In this document: piece by piece, positions 46,851 to 57,456 of the stretch | Position numbering within the stretch: position 1 is the first letter of the stretch | Layout of the letters: the number at the start of each line of letters is the position of its first letter | NCBI GenBank assembly: GCA_965223265.1 | Contig: OZ244999.1 | Span: 6,848,001-6,912,000 of the forward strand | Length of the DNA stretch: 64,000 nucleotides | Source of the DNA: Planctomycetota bacterium | GTDB taxonomy: Bacteria; Planctomycetota; UBA8108; SXIK01 | Direction of reading: 5' to 3' | The notes under the pieces: generated by a model | Seen by the model: the letters and a program-made list of their open reading frames with translations, nothing else | Told to the model about the DNA's origin: nothing | The model's database searches: none | Translations under genes and position numbers: made by a program

Positions 46851-48266
46851 ATGCGTCATTGGAACAAATGGGTCCTTCTTGCGTTGGTCTTGGTCGCGCC
46901 ACTGGCGGCTGTGAAGCTCTACTCCTATGCCACACGACTGCCGAACGAGATCGTCGTCGCCTCCGGGACTCCAGGGGGTCGCTATCACGCCCTGGCTTCG
47001 GCGCTCGCGTCGGCGGTCGAATCCGGCTGCGGTATGCGTGTCCGCATCCTCGAAAGCTCCGGATCGATCGAGAACGTCGGTTTCCTCCGTGACGGTGAGG
47101 CTGCATTCGGCTTCTATCAAGCGACGCTCGCCGACTCCTCGGATCAGTCAGCAGATAAGCCGACGGCAGAGGACTCGAGCCAAAGTGAACCTCTCACCCT
47201 TCTGGGTCGACTCTATTCAGAGTACGTCTTTCTGGTGGTGAGCAGCGGCGCCCGAATCGGAAGCGCCGCGGACCTGCGCGGTCAACGCATCAACGTCGGG
47301 GTTGAAGGGTCAGGCAACCAGGTGCTGACGCGGGCTATTCTCGATCATTATGAGTTGACGGAGAACACGTTCGTCTCCGTACACGAGCCCTACGACAGAC
47401 TCGTTCCTGCGTTTCGAGCCGGTGAGCTCGACGCCGCCTTCATCGTCTCGGGAGCCGGCGCCGACGTCGTTGAAGAACTGCTGAAATCCGGAGAGTGTGA
47501 GCTCCGCGAACTCGACCACATCGACGCACTCGTGGCAGAGCATCCCGAGCTATCACGCGCGGTCATTCCATCTGCCACCTATGGTTACCATCCGGAACCC
47601 CTGCCGCCGGATGCGATCCAGACGATTGCCGTCCCGGCTCAACTGATCTGCCGCGGCGACATTCCCGATCGAGTCGTCGAGGAAGTCGTGAAGCTTCTCG
47701 TCGACAAGGAATTCTTGCAAGAGAACGGCCTCACGGAACTGCGACGCGGCGGCGTCGACTTCGCGCGCGCTGGAACATCGTTCCCTTTGCATCGTGCAGC
47801 CGAGCACGTCTACGACCCGTCTTTGAAACCACTCGTCGACGCCGACTTCATGGAAGCCACCGAGGGGCTGCGTTCTTTCATTGTTTCGATCGCTATCGCC
47901 GGGTTTCTTCTGTTTCGATGGTTTGTTCGCTACCGCGCCAGGAAGAAGGACCACGAGCTCGATCGATACATCCGTGACCTCCTCGAAATCGAGCGCAAGC
48001 AGGTCGATCTCGACACACAGCTCACTGACGAGCAGCTCAAGGAACTGGAGGCACTACTCGATCGTGTCACCTTCCTACGACAAGACGCGCTCAAAGAGTT
48101 CTCCGCGCACCAACTGAACGAAGATCGTGGGGTCGACGTCTTCCTTGAGATGTGCCACGCCCTCACCGACAAAATGAGCGGCAAACTTCTCCGCTCCGGC
48201 GTCGAACGGCTGCGCGCAGAGCTCGTGCAGGGTCGATCGTCGGGCAGCGAGTTCCCCGGCGCGTGA
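46851..48266 (+). CDS. TAXI-family solute-binding protein with an extra C-terminal TM and helical tail
   Basis: ASGTPGGRYH, ESSGSIENV, LYSEYV, DLRGQRINVGVEGSG and FPLHRAAEHVY, followed by a hydrophobic helix. Confidence 0.85.
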   Translation: MRHWNKWVLLALVLVAPLAAVKLYSYATRLPNEIVVASGTPGGRYHALASALASAVESGCGMRVRILESSGSIENVGFLRDGEAAFGFYQATLADSSDQSADKPTAEDSSQSEPLTLLGRLYSEYVFLVVSSGARIGSAADLRGQRINVGVEGSGNQVLTRAILDHYELTENTFVSVHEPYDRLVPAFRAGELDAAFIVSGAGADVVEELLKSGECELRELDHIDALVAEHPELSRAVIPSATYGYHPEPLPPDAIQTIAVPAQLICRGDIPDRVVEEVVKLLVDKEFLQENGLTELRRGGVDFARAGTSFPLHRAAEHVYDPSLKPLVDADFMEATEGLRSFIVSIAIAGFLLFRWFVRYRARKKDHELDRYIRDLLEIERKQVDLDTQLTDEQLKELEALLDRVTFLRQDALKEFSAHQLNEDRGVDVFLEMCHALTDKMSGKLLRSGVERLRAELVQGRSSGSEFPGA

Positions 48267-48288
48267 GTGGACCCAGAGTCAGGCCGAC

Positions 48289-48336
48289 AAAAAAAGCCTG
48301 GCCCTCGATCGCAGGCGATGAGGGGCCAGGCTTTTT
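48289..48336. terminator. Bidirectional intrinsic terminator
   Basis: aaaaaaagcctggccc...gggccaggcttttt between convergent genes. Confidence 0.85.
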
Positions 48337-48368
48337 AACGAACGTCAGGATGCAGGCTCAAATCGGAA

Positions 48369-49517
48369 TTAGAGACCGCTGACGACGACCATCTCCATTT
48401 CACAGAAAAGGGTGTCCGGCGTCGGATCGAATCCTGGCGCCTCTGTCGGGGCTGGGATTTCGCCCGTACCCGTGAAGAGGTAGCCGAGGGTGTTGATCGG
48501 ATCCGAGATGTCGAACGTACCGTCGTCATTCGAATCGTTGGCATCGAGACAGTAGGGCTGTTCTCCGCTACCGACGAAGAGGAGTCCGAGCGAGCTAATC
48601 GCGTCGGCAATGTCCACGAAGCCATCGGCGTTCGCGTCGCCGCGCAGGAAAGACGCATCGTGGAGACCGTCGACGAAGAAACGCTCGTCTTCTTCCATGA
48701 AGGCTCCGCCACCGCCGTCGGTGCCGTCGCCACCATCGGTGCCGTCAGTTCCGTCGCCACCGTCAGGCTTGAGCTCGTTGCTGCCGTGCACTCTGAGGTC
48801 AGCGACCTCACCGGCCAGGACGACGTTGCCGTCGGCGTCGCTAACGCTCACGGAAGCGCCCACGAGATCAGCAACACTCTCGACGCCGAAGGGCAACGCG
48901 TCGTCGTTGCGGTTGTCGAGCCGCAGCTTGCCGTTGCCACCATCTGCTTCGTCGTCACCGCCGTCGTCGCCGTCGCTACCGTCGCCGCCATCGACACCAC
49001 CACCACCGCCATCGGTGCCATCGCCACCATCCGAACCATCGTCACCGTCACCGCCATCATCTCCGTCGTCGCCATCGTCCATCCCTGGAAGTAGCGTCGT
49101 GATGCTACCGATGGACTCGCTGGCATCGCCGAGCGTCATGGAGACGTCATACGTGGCGCCTGGTTCCAGATTGCGAACACAAACGACGATCGCACTGCGT
49201 ACGGGATTCTCCTTGAGCCAGAAGAAGCCGGCCGCATCCTCGTCCGCTCCACCTTCCGGCGGAGTCAAGTGATGGCGCGCGGTGATCGTGCTCTTGCCGC
49301 GCGGCACGTCATCGGGCTTGCCACCATCGTCCGGAGGCACGTCGTCGGGCTTGCCACCATCCGGCGGTTGCGGAACGTCATCTGGAGGACTCTCCGGAGG
49401 CACACCGTCAGGGGCACCCGGGGTGTCGCCGCCGTCATCGCCATCCTGCGCCATCAACTGCGGAACCGCACACACCAGCCCAAAACACAAAAGCAACGAA
49501 AGAAGTCGTTGGAGCAT
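48369..49517 (-). CDS. Secreted Asp/Gly-rich protein with a C-terminal dockerin-like (double EF-hand-like) domain
   Basis: Signal peptide after ATG 49517 (AAGGAAGG RBS), GKPDDVP repeats, DGxDGG repeats and FLRGDANADGFVDIADAI..CLDANDSNDDGTFDISDPI. Confidence 0.8.
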   Translation of the reverse strand: MLQRLLSLLLCFGLVCAVPQLMAQDGDDGGDTPGAPDGVPPESPPDDVPQPPDGGKPDDVPPDDGGKPDDVPRGKSTITARHHLTPPEGGADEDAAGFFWLKENPVRSAIVVCVRNLEPGATYDVSMTLGDASESIGSITTLLPGMDDGDDGDDGGDGDDGSDGGDGTDGGGGGVDGGDGSDGDDGGDDEADGGNGKLRLDNRNDDALPFGVESVADLVGASVSVSDADGNVVLAGEVADLRVHGSNELKPDGGDGTDGTDGGDGTDGGGGAFMEEDERFFVDGLHDASFLRGDANADGFVDIADAISSLGLLFVGSGEQPYCLDANDSNDDGTFDISDPINTLGYLFTGTGEIPAPTEAPGFDPTPDTLFCEMEMVVVSGL

Positions 49518-49879
49518 GGTTCCTTCCTTCTCCCAAAACAGTGACAGATCGAAACAACCCTTGCGTGATCCGCTCCCCAGACCGAAGCGTCTCTCACACG
49601 CATCGAGTTTAGACTCCGCTACACCCTCGCGGAAGGTCACAGCGAGGAGTGCAAGACTTTTTCTACGTAAAGCCGCCCGACGCCTCCGTGAAAGATTCTT
49701 TCACACCCCCCAGAGCGCACCACTGCGCACGAACGCAGCTCACCATGAACCCTTGATTTACGTCGGGTCTATTGCGATCAAAAGCGCTTTAAGTCATTGA
49801 TCCTGCGAGCGCTGCGAGCGAAGATCTTAGCCTCCTCGAACAAGCTCCGAACCCTGAGAGAGACAAAAGGACGACGCAG

Positions 49880-51448
49880 ATGCCGGCGGGAGATGATCAT
49901 TCGGAAGCAAGAGAGCCGCCCAGCTCGATCGGCGGGATCCTGCGTTCGATCGGGCCGGGATTGATCGTCGCCGGCTCGATCGTCGGTTCCGGCGAACTGA
50001 TCGCGACCACCGCCACCGGTGCGGAAGCAGGATTCTGGCTCTTGTGGTTGATCCTGATCGGGTGCGTGATCAAGGTGTTCACCCAGGTCGAGCTTGGTCG
50101 ATACGCGGTCACTTCGAGGCAGACCACGCTTGCTGCACTGAACACGATTCCAGGCCCAACGATCCTGCGGGCTAAATGGATCGTCTGGTACTGGTTTGCG
50201 ATGTTCTTAGTGATCATTGGACAGCAAGGGGGCATCGTCGGAGGTGTCGGCCAGGCTCTCGCGATCAGCGCGCCACTCACTGATGATGGACGACGCTACA
50301 ACGAAATCGTCGATGCAGAGACGCAGCTACAAGTCAACGAACGCTACCTCGCGCTGATCGTCGATCACCGCGGTGAGCTGTCAGCGTCGGACGTCGAGAC
50401 CGCGGATGAGATCAAAGCACGCATAGCGGAGGCACAAACCCGCTTGGAGCAACTCGGCAAGAAACCGAACAGTATAGACGACCGGATTTGGGCATTCGTC
50501 CTGACGGTCATGACCGCGATTCTTCTTGTCGTCGGACGTTACCGACTCGTTCAAACTCTCGCGACGGTGCTCGTCGGACTCTTCACTGTTGTCACGATCG
50601 TCAACCTCGTTATGCTCCAAGCGAATGAAACACTGGCCGTGACGACGGAAGAGTTGGTCAACGGACTCAGTTTCCAGCTACCGCCTCCCAGCGACGCAGC
50701 CAAGGGGACCGGTTCCCCGCTCGCCACCGCCCTGGCTACGTTCGGAATCATCGGCGTCGGCGCATCCGAATTGGTCGCGTACCCCTACTGGTGCTTGGAG
50801 AAGGGATACGCTCGCTTCACCGGCCCCGCGGATCGCTCACAGGCGTGGACCGACCGCGCCAACGGTTGGCTCAACGTGATGCGCTGGGACGCCTGGACTT
50901 CCATGGTGGTCTACACGTTCGCTACCGTTGCCTTCTATCTGGTCGGCGCCGCCACACTTGGCCGCTTTCATCTTGAGCCAGAAGGCACTGAGCTCGTGCG
51001 TACCTTGGCAGTGATGTACGAACCGGTCTTCGGCGCCTACGCCGCGGTGCTTTTTCTGTTTGGCGCATTCGCGGTCCTCTATTCGACGTTCTTTGTCGCC
51101 AACGCCGGCAACGCCCGCATGGTCTCAGACGCCCTTCGTGTTCTCGGTCTCGGCGTCAAAACGGAGAAGCAGCGGCAGTTGCTAATGCGCGTTTTCTGCG
51201 GCGTCTTTCCGTTCCTCGGGCTCGGTGTCTATCTTCTCTACCAGGCCCCAAAGGTTCTCGTTCTAGCGAGCGGCGTGATGCAGGCTCTGATGTTGCCGAT
51301 GCTCGCCGGCGCCGCGCTCTACTTCCGGTACCGCCGTAGTGACCCGCGCGTTCGCCCCGGGCGCACCTGGGATTCTTTCTTGTGGATCTCGGCGATCGGC
51401 ATGCTCATAGCCGGTGGCGCTTTGGCGTACATCAAGCTGACCGGGTAG
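49880..51448 (+). CDS. Nramp/YcsG-like transporter
   Basis: IGPGLIVAGSIVGSGELIATT, QVELGRY, FGIIGVGASEL..YPYWCLEKGY and GAFAVLYST. Confidence 0.82.
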   Translation: MPAGDDHSEAREPPSSIGGILRSIGPGLIVAGSIVGSGELIATTATGAEAGFWLLWLILIGCVIKVFTQVELGRYAVTSRQTTLAALNTIPGPTILRAKWIVWYWFAMFLVIIGQQGGIVGGVGQALAISAPLTDDGRRYNEIVDAETQLQVNERYLALIVDHRGELSASDVETADEIKARIAEAQTRLEQLGKKPNSIDDRIWAFVLTVMTAILLVVGRYRLVQTLATVLVGLFTVVTIVNLVMLQANETLAVTTEELVNGLSFQLPPPSDAAKGTGSPLATALATFGIIGVGASELVAYPYWCLEKGYARFTGPADRSQAWTDRANGWLNVMRWDAWTSMVVYTFATVAFYLVGAATLGRFHLEPEGTELVRTLAVMYEPVFGAYAAVLFLFGAFAVLYSTFFVANAGNARMVSDALRVLGLGVKTEKQRQLLMRVFCGVFPFLGLGVYLLYQAPKVLVLASGVMQALMLPMLAGAALYFRYRRSDPRVRPGRTWDSFLWISAIGMLIAGGALAYIKLTG

Positions 51449-51496
51449 ACCGTGCGCGTCACTCTGGTCGTAGTTGCCGCTGCCCTCATCCGACGG

Positions 51497-52267
51497 CTAC
51501 CGATACGTGCCGTCGAACGTATAGCCAAAACGCTCTACGTCACAGCGATATAGTTCCTCGACTTGCGCTGCAAGCTCCGGCGTATAGAAGGCACGATAAT
51601 CAGGGAAGCGCTTCAAGTCATGCAGCCGCTCTGGTCCCCAATCCGCCACGCATTCGGTAGGCTGCTCGTGCTGTCCGTAGCGTGTGGAATTGCGACACGT
51701 TAAAGCGACATCCATGCCGAGCCGTTGGTTCAATCGACTGACGTCTTCGCCCAAGGACTCGAAGCGACCCACGTAATCAAAGGGATGGGATCCAAGAAAC
51801 AGAGATTGCGGTCGCCAGTGACGGTTGCTCCGGCGCACGCCGCTTTGCGCGAGTAACCTTACAAAGTTCGCGAAGGAGAGGCGCTCTTCGGGCTGCCGTC
51901 GGCTCCCGAGGCGCCACCAGCGGCGACGGGCCAACGCCCTTTGAAACGGTAGGGCGTAGCGCGATGCCGGTACGATTTTGTTGAGGTACCCGGAGACCAG
52001 CCGGCTCCACGGATTGCGAACGAACACAAACCGCAGGTACTCTGCCGAGCGCAAGATTTTGCGCGCCTCGTGACGCGGCAGGGCGCCAAGGGTCGACCTC
52101 TGCTGCAGCTTTTGACTGATCTCTTCGTAGGAATTCGTCGTCCCGGCACTGGGCTCCAAGGACTGCAGCACCCATAGCTTCAGGCTCGACATGGCGACCT
52201 TGGGAATCGGGCAGTAGATGAACTTTCGCTCTCGGTGGATCAGATAGGTCCGCTCAGGCCAGCGCAT
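51497..52267 (-). CDS. Sulfotransferase family 2 protein (carbohydrate sulfotransferase-like)
   Basis: 5'-PSB motif YCPIPKVAMSSLK, 3'-PB motif FVRNPWSRLVSGY, HWRPQ, DYVGRFESL and YRCDVERFGY. Confidence 0.88.
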   Translation of the reverse strand: MRWPERTYLIHRERKFIYCPIPKVAMSSLKLWVLQSLEPSAGTTNSYEEISQKLQQRSTLGALPRHEARKILRSAEYLRFVFVRNPWSRLVSGYLNKIVPASRYALPFQRALARRRWWRLGSRRQPEERLSFANFVRLLAQSGVRRSNRHWRPQSLFLGSHPFDYVGRFESLGEDVSRLNQRLGMDVALTCRNSTRYGQHEQPTECVADWGPERLHDLKRFPDYRAFYTPELAAQVEELYRCDVERFGYTFDGTYR

Positions 52268-52531
52268 GCTGCAGTTCGGTGTGTCCGTCTATGGGATGGG
52301 TCGCCTCGCACACCAACTCTGTCCAGGCCCGCCTGAATGGGCGCCATGGCGTCCGGACTGTGAGAGGCCTCCGCCAAGTCATACAGCATGGCCTTCTCCG
52401 GGGCCAGGAGCTCTTGTCAGTCAGTCAGCCTTTCCTTTCCTGCTCAGGCATATCGAAGCCCTCTCCGCCTCTACGAGGTCGCGAATCCGTCGTCTGTGTC
52501 CGAGTCTTCGACTCCGTTCCGGCGCCTAGCG

Positions 52532-54823
52532 CTAAAACCGAATCGCCATCCCCAGCTTAACCGTCGCCTCGGTACGCAGCAGCGTGAGATTGTGGTTGGC
52601 GCGATCGAGGCTTTGGTTGAGCACAATGAAGAGTCGATAGCCAGGACGAAGCTCCCACTGGATACGACTGTTGTAGCCGACGGTGTCCGAGCCGTCATCA
52701 AACTGAACGAAATGAAACCAGCTGAGGTCGGGAGTGAAGTTCCAGTCCATTCGAACTGTTGCCAGACGGCGATCGAAGTTTCCCTCGGGCAGCCGCACTT
52801 GGTTGAGTTCGTACGCTGTGGCGAAAGAGAGGTGTTTCCATGGCCGGACGGTGAAACGTAGGCGATATCGCTCCCGCTCGCCGCTATAGAATTCTCCGAA
52901 CTTGTAGTTGGCGCCGACCCGGAGAACTCTCTTCGTCGAGGTGTCGAACCCCGTGACGATTGCAGTCCACCAATACTCGTCGGCGGGAATCACGACGCCG
53001 TCACTGATCTCGAAATCTTCCTCAGGCGCGTCGAATTCTCGTTCGATCTCGACCCAGATTTCGTCGCCGCTCGTAAAGACGATGTCGAGGGGAAGCAGTT
53101 CGTGTTCCGCGGACTCGAGACGATTCGAGAGGCTCGTGACATACATCGTGTTATAGGTAAACAGCAGCTGTCGGATGCGCGGCGACCACGGAAGACGCGG
53201 GCGCAGGCTCAATCCCCCCTCGTAGGAACGGATCCCAGTGCGCGGAACAAATCCAAGGGCGGGATCGAAGTCGTCAGCCAACTCGAGGTAGCTCGCTCTG
53301 ACTCGGTACTGATCGTTAGGGAGGGACAGGTTCGCGCCATAGGCCGACTCAATCTCACCGCCGGTCCCTTCCGTCCACGTCCCCAGTCCGAATCCGTTCG
53401 CCTGCAAGACGTTATCCCCAAGAAAACTCGTCGTACGATAGCCGAAGTCGGAACCGACCAAAGCGTTCTCGTCCTCCGAATTGGGATCGCCGAACGTTCC
53501 TATGAGGCCCACTGACGACTGTTCGAGGACGTTGCGGCTCACCCGCCCAACGAGCGCGTTCTTGGTCTCGAAGCCGTTGTGGTCGTCGAGAATCGCATCG
53601 ACCACACCGACGTTGTAATCACCGATTCGTCCCGTCAACTTGCCGGCGACGTTGATCGGAACTACTTCACCACCGTCGCTCAGGCCTATACGGCGGCTGA
53701 AAAACGGCAACAACTCCGAGTTCAGACCGCCGAACTCAAAGATTCCCGAATCCTCAAGAAAAAACGCTCGCTTCTCCGGAAAGAAGAGTGGGAAACGAGT
53801 CAGATTCACCTGACGCGTGTCGACCTCGGTTTCCGCAAAGTCGGTATTGAAGCTAAGCGTTGTCGTCAGATTCGGCGTAATGCGATAGCGCACGTCACCC
53901 CCACCATCGAAGTCCACATCATCGCTTCGGTCGACACGATCGTCGGTGTACCTATTCAACACGTACGGTGAAATCTGTAGACCGACGCCTTGGTGTATGC
54001 CTTCGATACCGTAGATCTCGCCCGCCTCGGCAACGTTATAGTCGCGGATCTCCGGACGCGGGCTCGCCCAACGCCCCAACTCCGATCGTCGGCGAATTCC
54101 ACGCACCAAATTGAACCCCCACACCTCCGAGCGTGGGTTGAAGCTGAGCGTCTTGAAGGGAATAGAAATCTCCGCTTTCCAGCCATCCTGATCAATACTC
54201 GTCGCCGCAGCCCAAATGCCATCCCAATTGTCGTTCAAGTTGTTGTTATCGCTGATCAAAGAATCGCGCCGTGCCGCGTTAGGATTCACCTGAAAGTAAT
54301 AGCCGTTGCGACGATCGTGAAAGGGATCGATGATGACCACCACATGGTCATCGGCTGAAAGCGTTCCGTCTCGCGACATCACTCGAGCGGTGATCCGTTC
54401 GGGTTCCGAGTCGTAGCACCAAACGCCGACGTAGAGATTGATGTCGTCATAGACGACTCGGAACTCCGTCTTCTCGGTCATCGGCTGGTCGACGTTGGGG
54501 TTGTATTGCCCCAGGCCCTTCGCGACCGGCGCGTCGCGCCACGCTGCGTCGTCGAGGCGGCCGTCCACGAGCGGCGGCTGCGCGACACGGACGGCGTGCA
54601 GTCGCGGCGACGACAAGTGATCCGTGTCGCCCTGGCTGACGGCGCTGGATGACGCGATCGCGAAGTGTGAAAACACGACGAACGACGACAGCACGGCCAG
54701 CGCGAAGCAGTTAAGATCCGACGACCTCAGCCGCATCGACGTTGAGCCTGAAGGCATTAGAACGCGTTGACGACGATCGCAGAGTTTCCGTCGGCATGTA
54801 CACGCAGAAGGAAGAAACTGCAT
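52532..54823 (-). CDS. CBM9-like plus DUF5916 outer-membrane protein
   Basis: PLVDGRLDDAAW, TEFRVVYD, GWKAEISIPFKTL, NTDFAETEVD and RFPLFFPEKRAFFLE; C-terminal Phe. The true start is probably downstream of 54823. Confidence 0.85.
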   Translation of the reverse strand: MQFLPSACTCRRKLCDRRQRVLMPSGSTSMRLRSSDLNCFALAVLSSFVVFSHFAIASSSAVSQGDTDHLSSPRLHAVRVAQPPLVDGRLDDAAWRDAPVAKGLGQYNPNVDQPMTEKTEFRVVYDDINLYVGVWCYDSEPERITARVMSRDGTLSADDHVVVIIDPFHDRRNGYYFQVNPNAARRDSLISDNNNLNDNWDGIWAAATSIDQDGWKAEISIPFKTLSFNPRSEVWGFNLVRGIRRRSELGRWASPRPEIRDYNVAEAGEIYGIEGIHQGVGLQISPYVLNRYTDDRVDRSDDVDFDGGGDVRYRITPNLTTTLSFNTDFAETEVDTRQVNLTRFPLFFPEKRAFFLEDSGIFEFGGLNSELLPFFSRRIGLSDGGEVVPINVAGKLTGRIGDYNVGVVDAILDDHNGFETKNALVGRVSRNVLEQSSVGLIGTFGDPNSEDENALVGSDFGYRTTSFLGDNVLQANGFGLGTWTEGTGGEIESAYGANLSLPNDQYRVRASYLELADDFDPALGFVPRTGIRSYEGGLSLRPRLPWSPRIRQLLFTYNTMYVTSLSNRLESAEHELLPLDIVFTSGDEIWVEIEREFDAPEEDFEISDGVVIPADEYWWTAIVTGFDTSTKRVLRVGANYKFGEFYSGERERYRLRFTVRPWKHLSFATAYELNQVRLPEGNFDRRLATVRMDWNFTPDLSWFHFVQFDDGSDTVGYNSRIQWELRPGYRLFIVLNQSLDRANHNLTLLRTEATVKLGMAIRF

Positions 54824-54962
54824 GGACGCAGTATACTCCCTCCCGCTGTGTTCGACGGCGAAGCTGCGGCCCGAAGAAACACCTAAGGATGCGTTGGGAC
54901 GGCCGGAGCGTCCGTCAAATGTCGTCAGGAGGAATCAACAGCGCCCGTTCCACGGAGCAACT

Positions 54963-56039
54963 CTACTGACCGGTGTAGCGGTAAACGATCTCTTGCCACG
55001 TCGGCTTGGAGATTTCTGCCAACAAAACCCGATTGAGAGGCTCGCGCAGCTCACTGCCTTGCTGAAGTGCAATTGCATAGTCCTGCGGATCGAACACCTG
55101 AGGCAACACACGAATCTTTCCCCGCAAGTCCTGGTTCGCAAGGTAGAGGAGAAGTGGCGCATCGTAGACCGCCGCTTCGATCTCACCGTCGGCGAGAGCC
55201 TCCCCTAACGCCTTCGGATCACGGTAGGGTTCGTGATAGAGCCGGGCAGCCTGCAGATACGACTCGCTGGTCGTGCCACCGACGGTGCCGACTTGAACAC
55301 CTTCCAAGTCTTCAGGGCCGTTGATTTGCGATTCCAATTGACTCACTGTTAGCACCGATGCGACGGCGGCTGTAAGGCCAGAGATCGTCACGATACTGGT
55401 AAACATCCAGACGAAGGCGACGACCCGTCCCCAAAAAGTCGTTGGCGCGCGGTCGCCGTAACCGACTGTCGTCATGGTGACGGCGGACCACCAGAACGCT
55501 TCACCCACACCGCGTGCAACGCCGCCACCGAATTGCTCCGCATTCTTCTTGCGCTCGAATACCCAGAGAAGAAGCCCGGCGACAAAGATAACCAGGAGCA
55601 GTACCCCAAGCGCTTTCACGAAGTCCAGTGACAGAAGTCGCCCCAGAACCGAGAACATCGACGACTCGGAATCGAACGGAAGAGCGATCGTGAGACCAGA
55701 GCTGTGAAAGGCGTGAGAGAAATCGACCCGTTCTTCACGATCGCCGGTCACGGTGAGCGCAGCTGCAGCGACATCAAACTCTCCGGCTGCGACACCGTCG
55801 ATCATCTCTTCGACGGTCGCCTCATGGAACTCGTAGTTGAGACTAAGCTCGTTCGCGATCGCCCGCCACAGCTCAATCGTTATCCCGCTCCAAGAGCCGT
55901 CTTCAGCTTTCATCGCAAACGGCGGCGCCTCTTTGGTGGCGACACGAAGGCTCGCGCGATCTTCGTTGCTCTCCTGGCACCATACAGTCGCCGGCAAGAA
56001 CGACAGAACTGCGATAACAACGCGCGTTGGTCTCTTCAT
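54963..56039 (-). CDS. GluR0-like ligand-gated potassium channel (split periplasmic binding domain plus pore)
   Basis: EAPPF, ALTVTGDREERVDFS, TM1, FWWSAVTMTTVGYGD (K+ filter), TM2 and S2 half VGTVGGTTS..AAVYDAPLL. ATG 56039. Confidence 0.88.
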   Translation of the reverse strand: MKRPTRVVIAVLSFLPATVWCQESNEDRASLRVATKEAPPFAMKAEDGSWSGITIELWRAIANELSLNYEFHEATVEEMIDGVAAGEFDVAAAALTVTGDREERVDFSHAFHSSGLTIALPFDSESSMFSVLGRLLSLDFVKALGVLLLVIFVAGLLLWVFERKKNAEQFGGGVARGVGEAFWWSAVTMTTVGYGDRAPTTFWGRVVAFVWMFTSIVTISGLTAAVASVLTVSQLESQINGPEDLEGVQVGTVGGTTSESYLQAARLYHEPYRDPKALGEALADGEIEAAVYDAPLLLYLANQDLRGKIRVLPQVFDPQDYAIALQQGSELREPLNRVLLAEISKPTWQEIVYRYTGQ

Positions 56040-56090
56040 CTCTCTCTCCTGGCAAACGCGGTGCAATCGGAACGAATCCAATGCGAATCG

Positions 56091-56288
56091 TTAGCTCATT
56101 CGCTCGGCGCAGTCAAGAGCGGAGATGACCAGGACCGCGGTCAGTGGGAGATCGAGGGGCACACCAGTCGTCAGAGTGACGAGCGCGCAACAGGTACCGC
56201 CAGCCGGGGTCGTCATCTTCCAACCGTGCAGCACGACTGGCAGTGCCGAACAACCCATCAGGGGACACAAGACCCATGCCGTAACCAC
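56091..56288 (-). CDS. Possible small lipoprotein or remnant
   Basis: Lipobox-like LMGC and a hydrophobic PLDLPLTAVL segment; co-oriented with its neighbours. No clear RBS. Confidence 0.25.
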   Translation of the reverse strand: MVTAWVLCPLMGCSALPVVLHGWKMTTPAGGTCCALVTLTTGVPLDLPLTAVLVISALDCAERMS

Positions 56289-56355
56289 GACGGGACGGGA
56301 CGCTCTGGGCGCCCCTCGTCCAACCGAGCAGACGCTTGAATACGGAATGTAACCG

Positions 56356-57456
56356 TCACGGGGCCGAGGAAGATTCCGTCAGAACGCAAGTGCCGACTGG
56401 CAGCTCAATGCGAAACGTTGTCCCTTGGCCGACGACCGATTCGACTGAAAGTGTTCCTCCGTGAAGATCGACCACACGTCGAGCTATTGCGAGACTCAAC
56501 CCTCGACCGTTTGAATGATGATCCAAATCTCCGACGGAGAATTCGTCGCCGATGTGTTCCAAAGCCTCTGCCGAAATCCCTTTGCCCTCGTCGGAAATCG
56601 TCAGCTCGAAGTTCCCGCTCTCGGTGACGACCGCTCGCACTTTGACGCGCCCCCCTTGTGGGGAGTGCTGTACTGCGTTTTCTATAATGTAGAGAGGAAC
56701 CTTGTGCATCAGCGTCGGATTGCATAAGAGCGATACGTCAACCACGTCCTGCTCGATCGTTACACCGGCATCCGCCGCAAGCCCCTCCACTCTCTGGAGC
56801 GCCGGACCCAATACCGAAGCAAGAGTGTACTCGAACAATTCGAGTTGTCCCTTCGCCTTAAGATTCGCCAGTAAGCCGGCCTGGTCGACGAGCTTCTGCA
56901 GCCGCTCTGCGCAGCCATGAATCGCTCGCGCTTGCTTCTTGACGTCCTCCTCGGTGAGTCCCGGAGTCGAGGCCAAGAGGCTCGAATACCCAACGATCCC
57001 AGTCAGTGGCGTCCTCGTCTCGTGCGCCAACAAGGTGATGAGCGTGCTCTTCATCTCATCGACCTCCTCGACATGCTTGAGTCGCAGGAACACGTTCACC
57101 TTCGCCAAAAGCTCGTCGACGTCGAAGGGCTTGGCGACATAGTCATCGCCTCCCACCTCGTAACCATGAAGGCGCTCCTCGATGCTCGACTTCCCAGACA
57201 CGAAGATCACCTTCACGAAACAAGACTCCTCGTCTTGACGAATGCGGTGACACACCTCGTATCCATCCATACCCGGCATCATCACGTCGAGCAGGACGAG
57301 ATCGGGGCGAAACTTCGCGATCTTCTCGAATGCCTCATCTCCGTTCTTCGCGGTGGCAACCTCGAAATCTTCGAGCAATTCCTCGACGATCGCAAGATTG
57401 CGCGGCTCGTCGTCGACCGCCAAGACTCTTCCTTGTTTCATGCTCGTCACGCCCAT
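56356..57456 (-). CDS. Hybrid response regulator/histidine kinase (REC-HisKA-HATPase)
   Basis: VLAVDDE, LLDVMMPGMDG, KPF, H-box AHETRTPL, ENAVQHS, DEGKGI and GLSLAI. Confidence 0.92.
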   Translation of the reverse strand: MGVTSMKQGRVLAVDDEPRNLAIVEELLEDFEVATAKNGDEAFEKIAKFRPDLVLLDVMMPGMDGYEVCHRIRQDEESCFVKVIFVSGKSSIEERLHGYEVGGDDYVAKPFDVDELLAKVNVFLRLKHVEEVDEMKSTLITLLAHETRTPLTGIVGYSSLLASTPGLTEEDVKKQARAIHGCAERLQKLVDQAGLLANLKAKGQLELFEYTLASVLGPALQRVEGLAADAGVTIEQDVVDVSLLCNPTLMHKVPLYIIENAVQHSPQGGRVKVRAVVTESGNFELTISDEGKGISAEALEHIGDEFSVGDLDHHSNGRGLSLAIARRVVDLHGGTLSVESVVGQGTTFRIELPVGTCVLTESSSAP

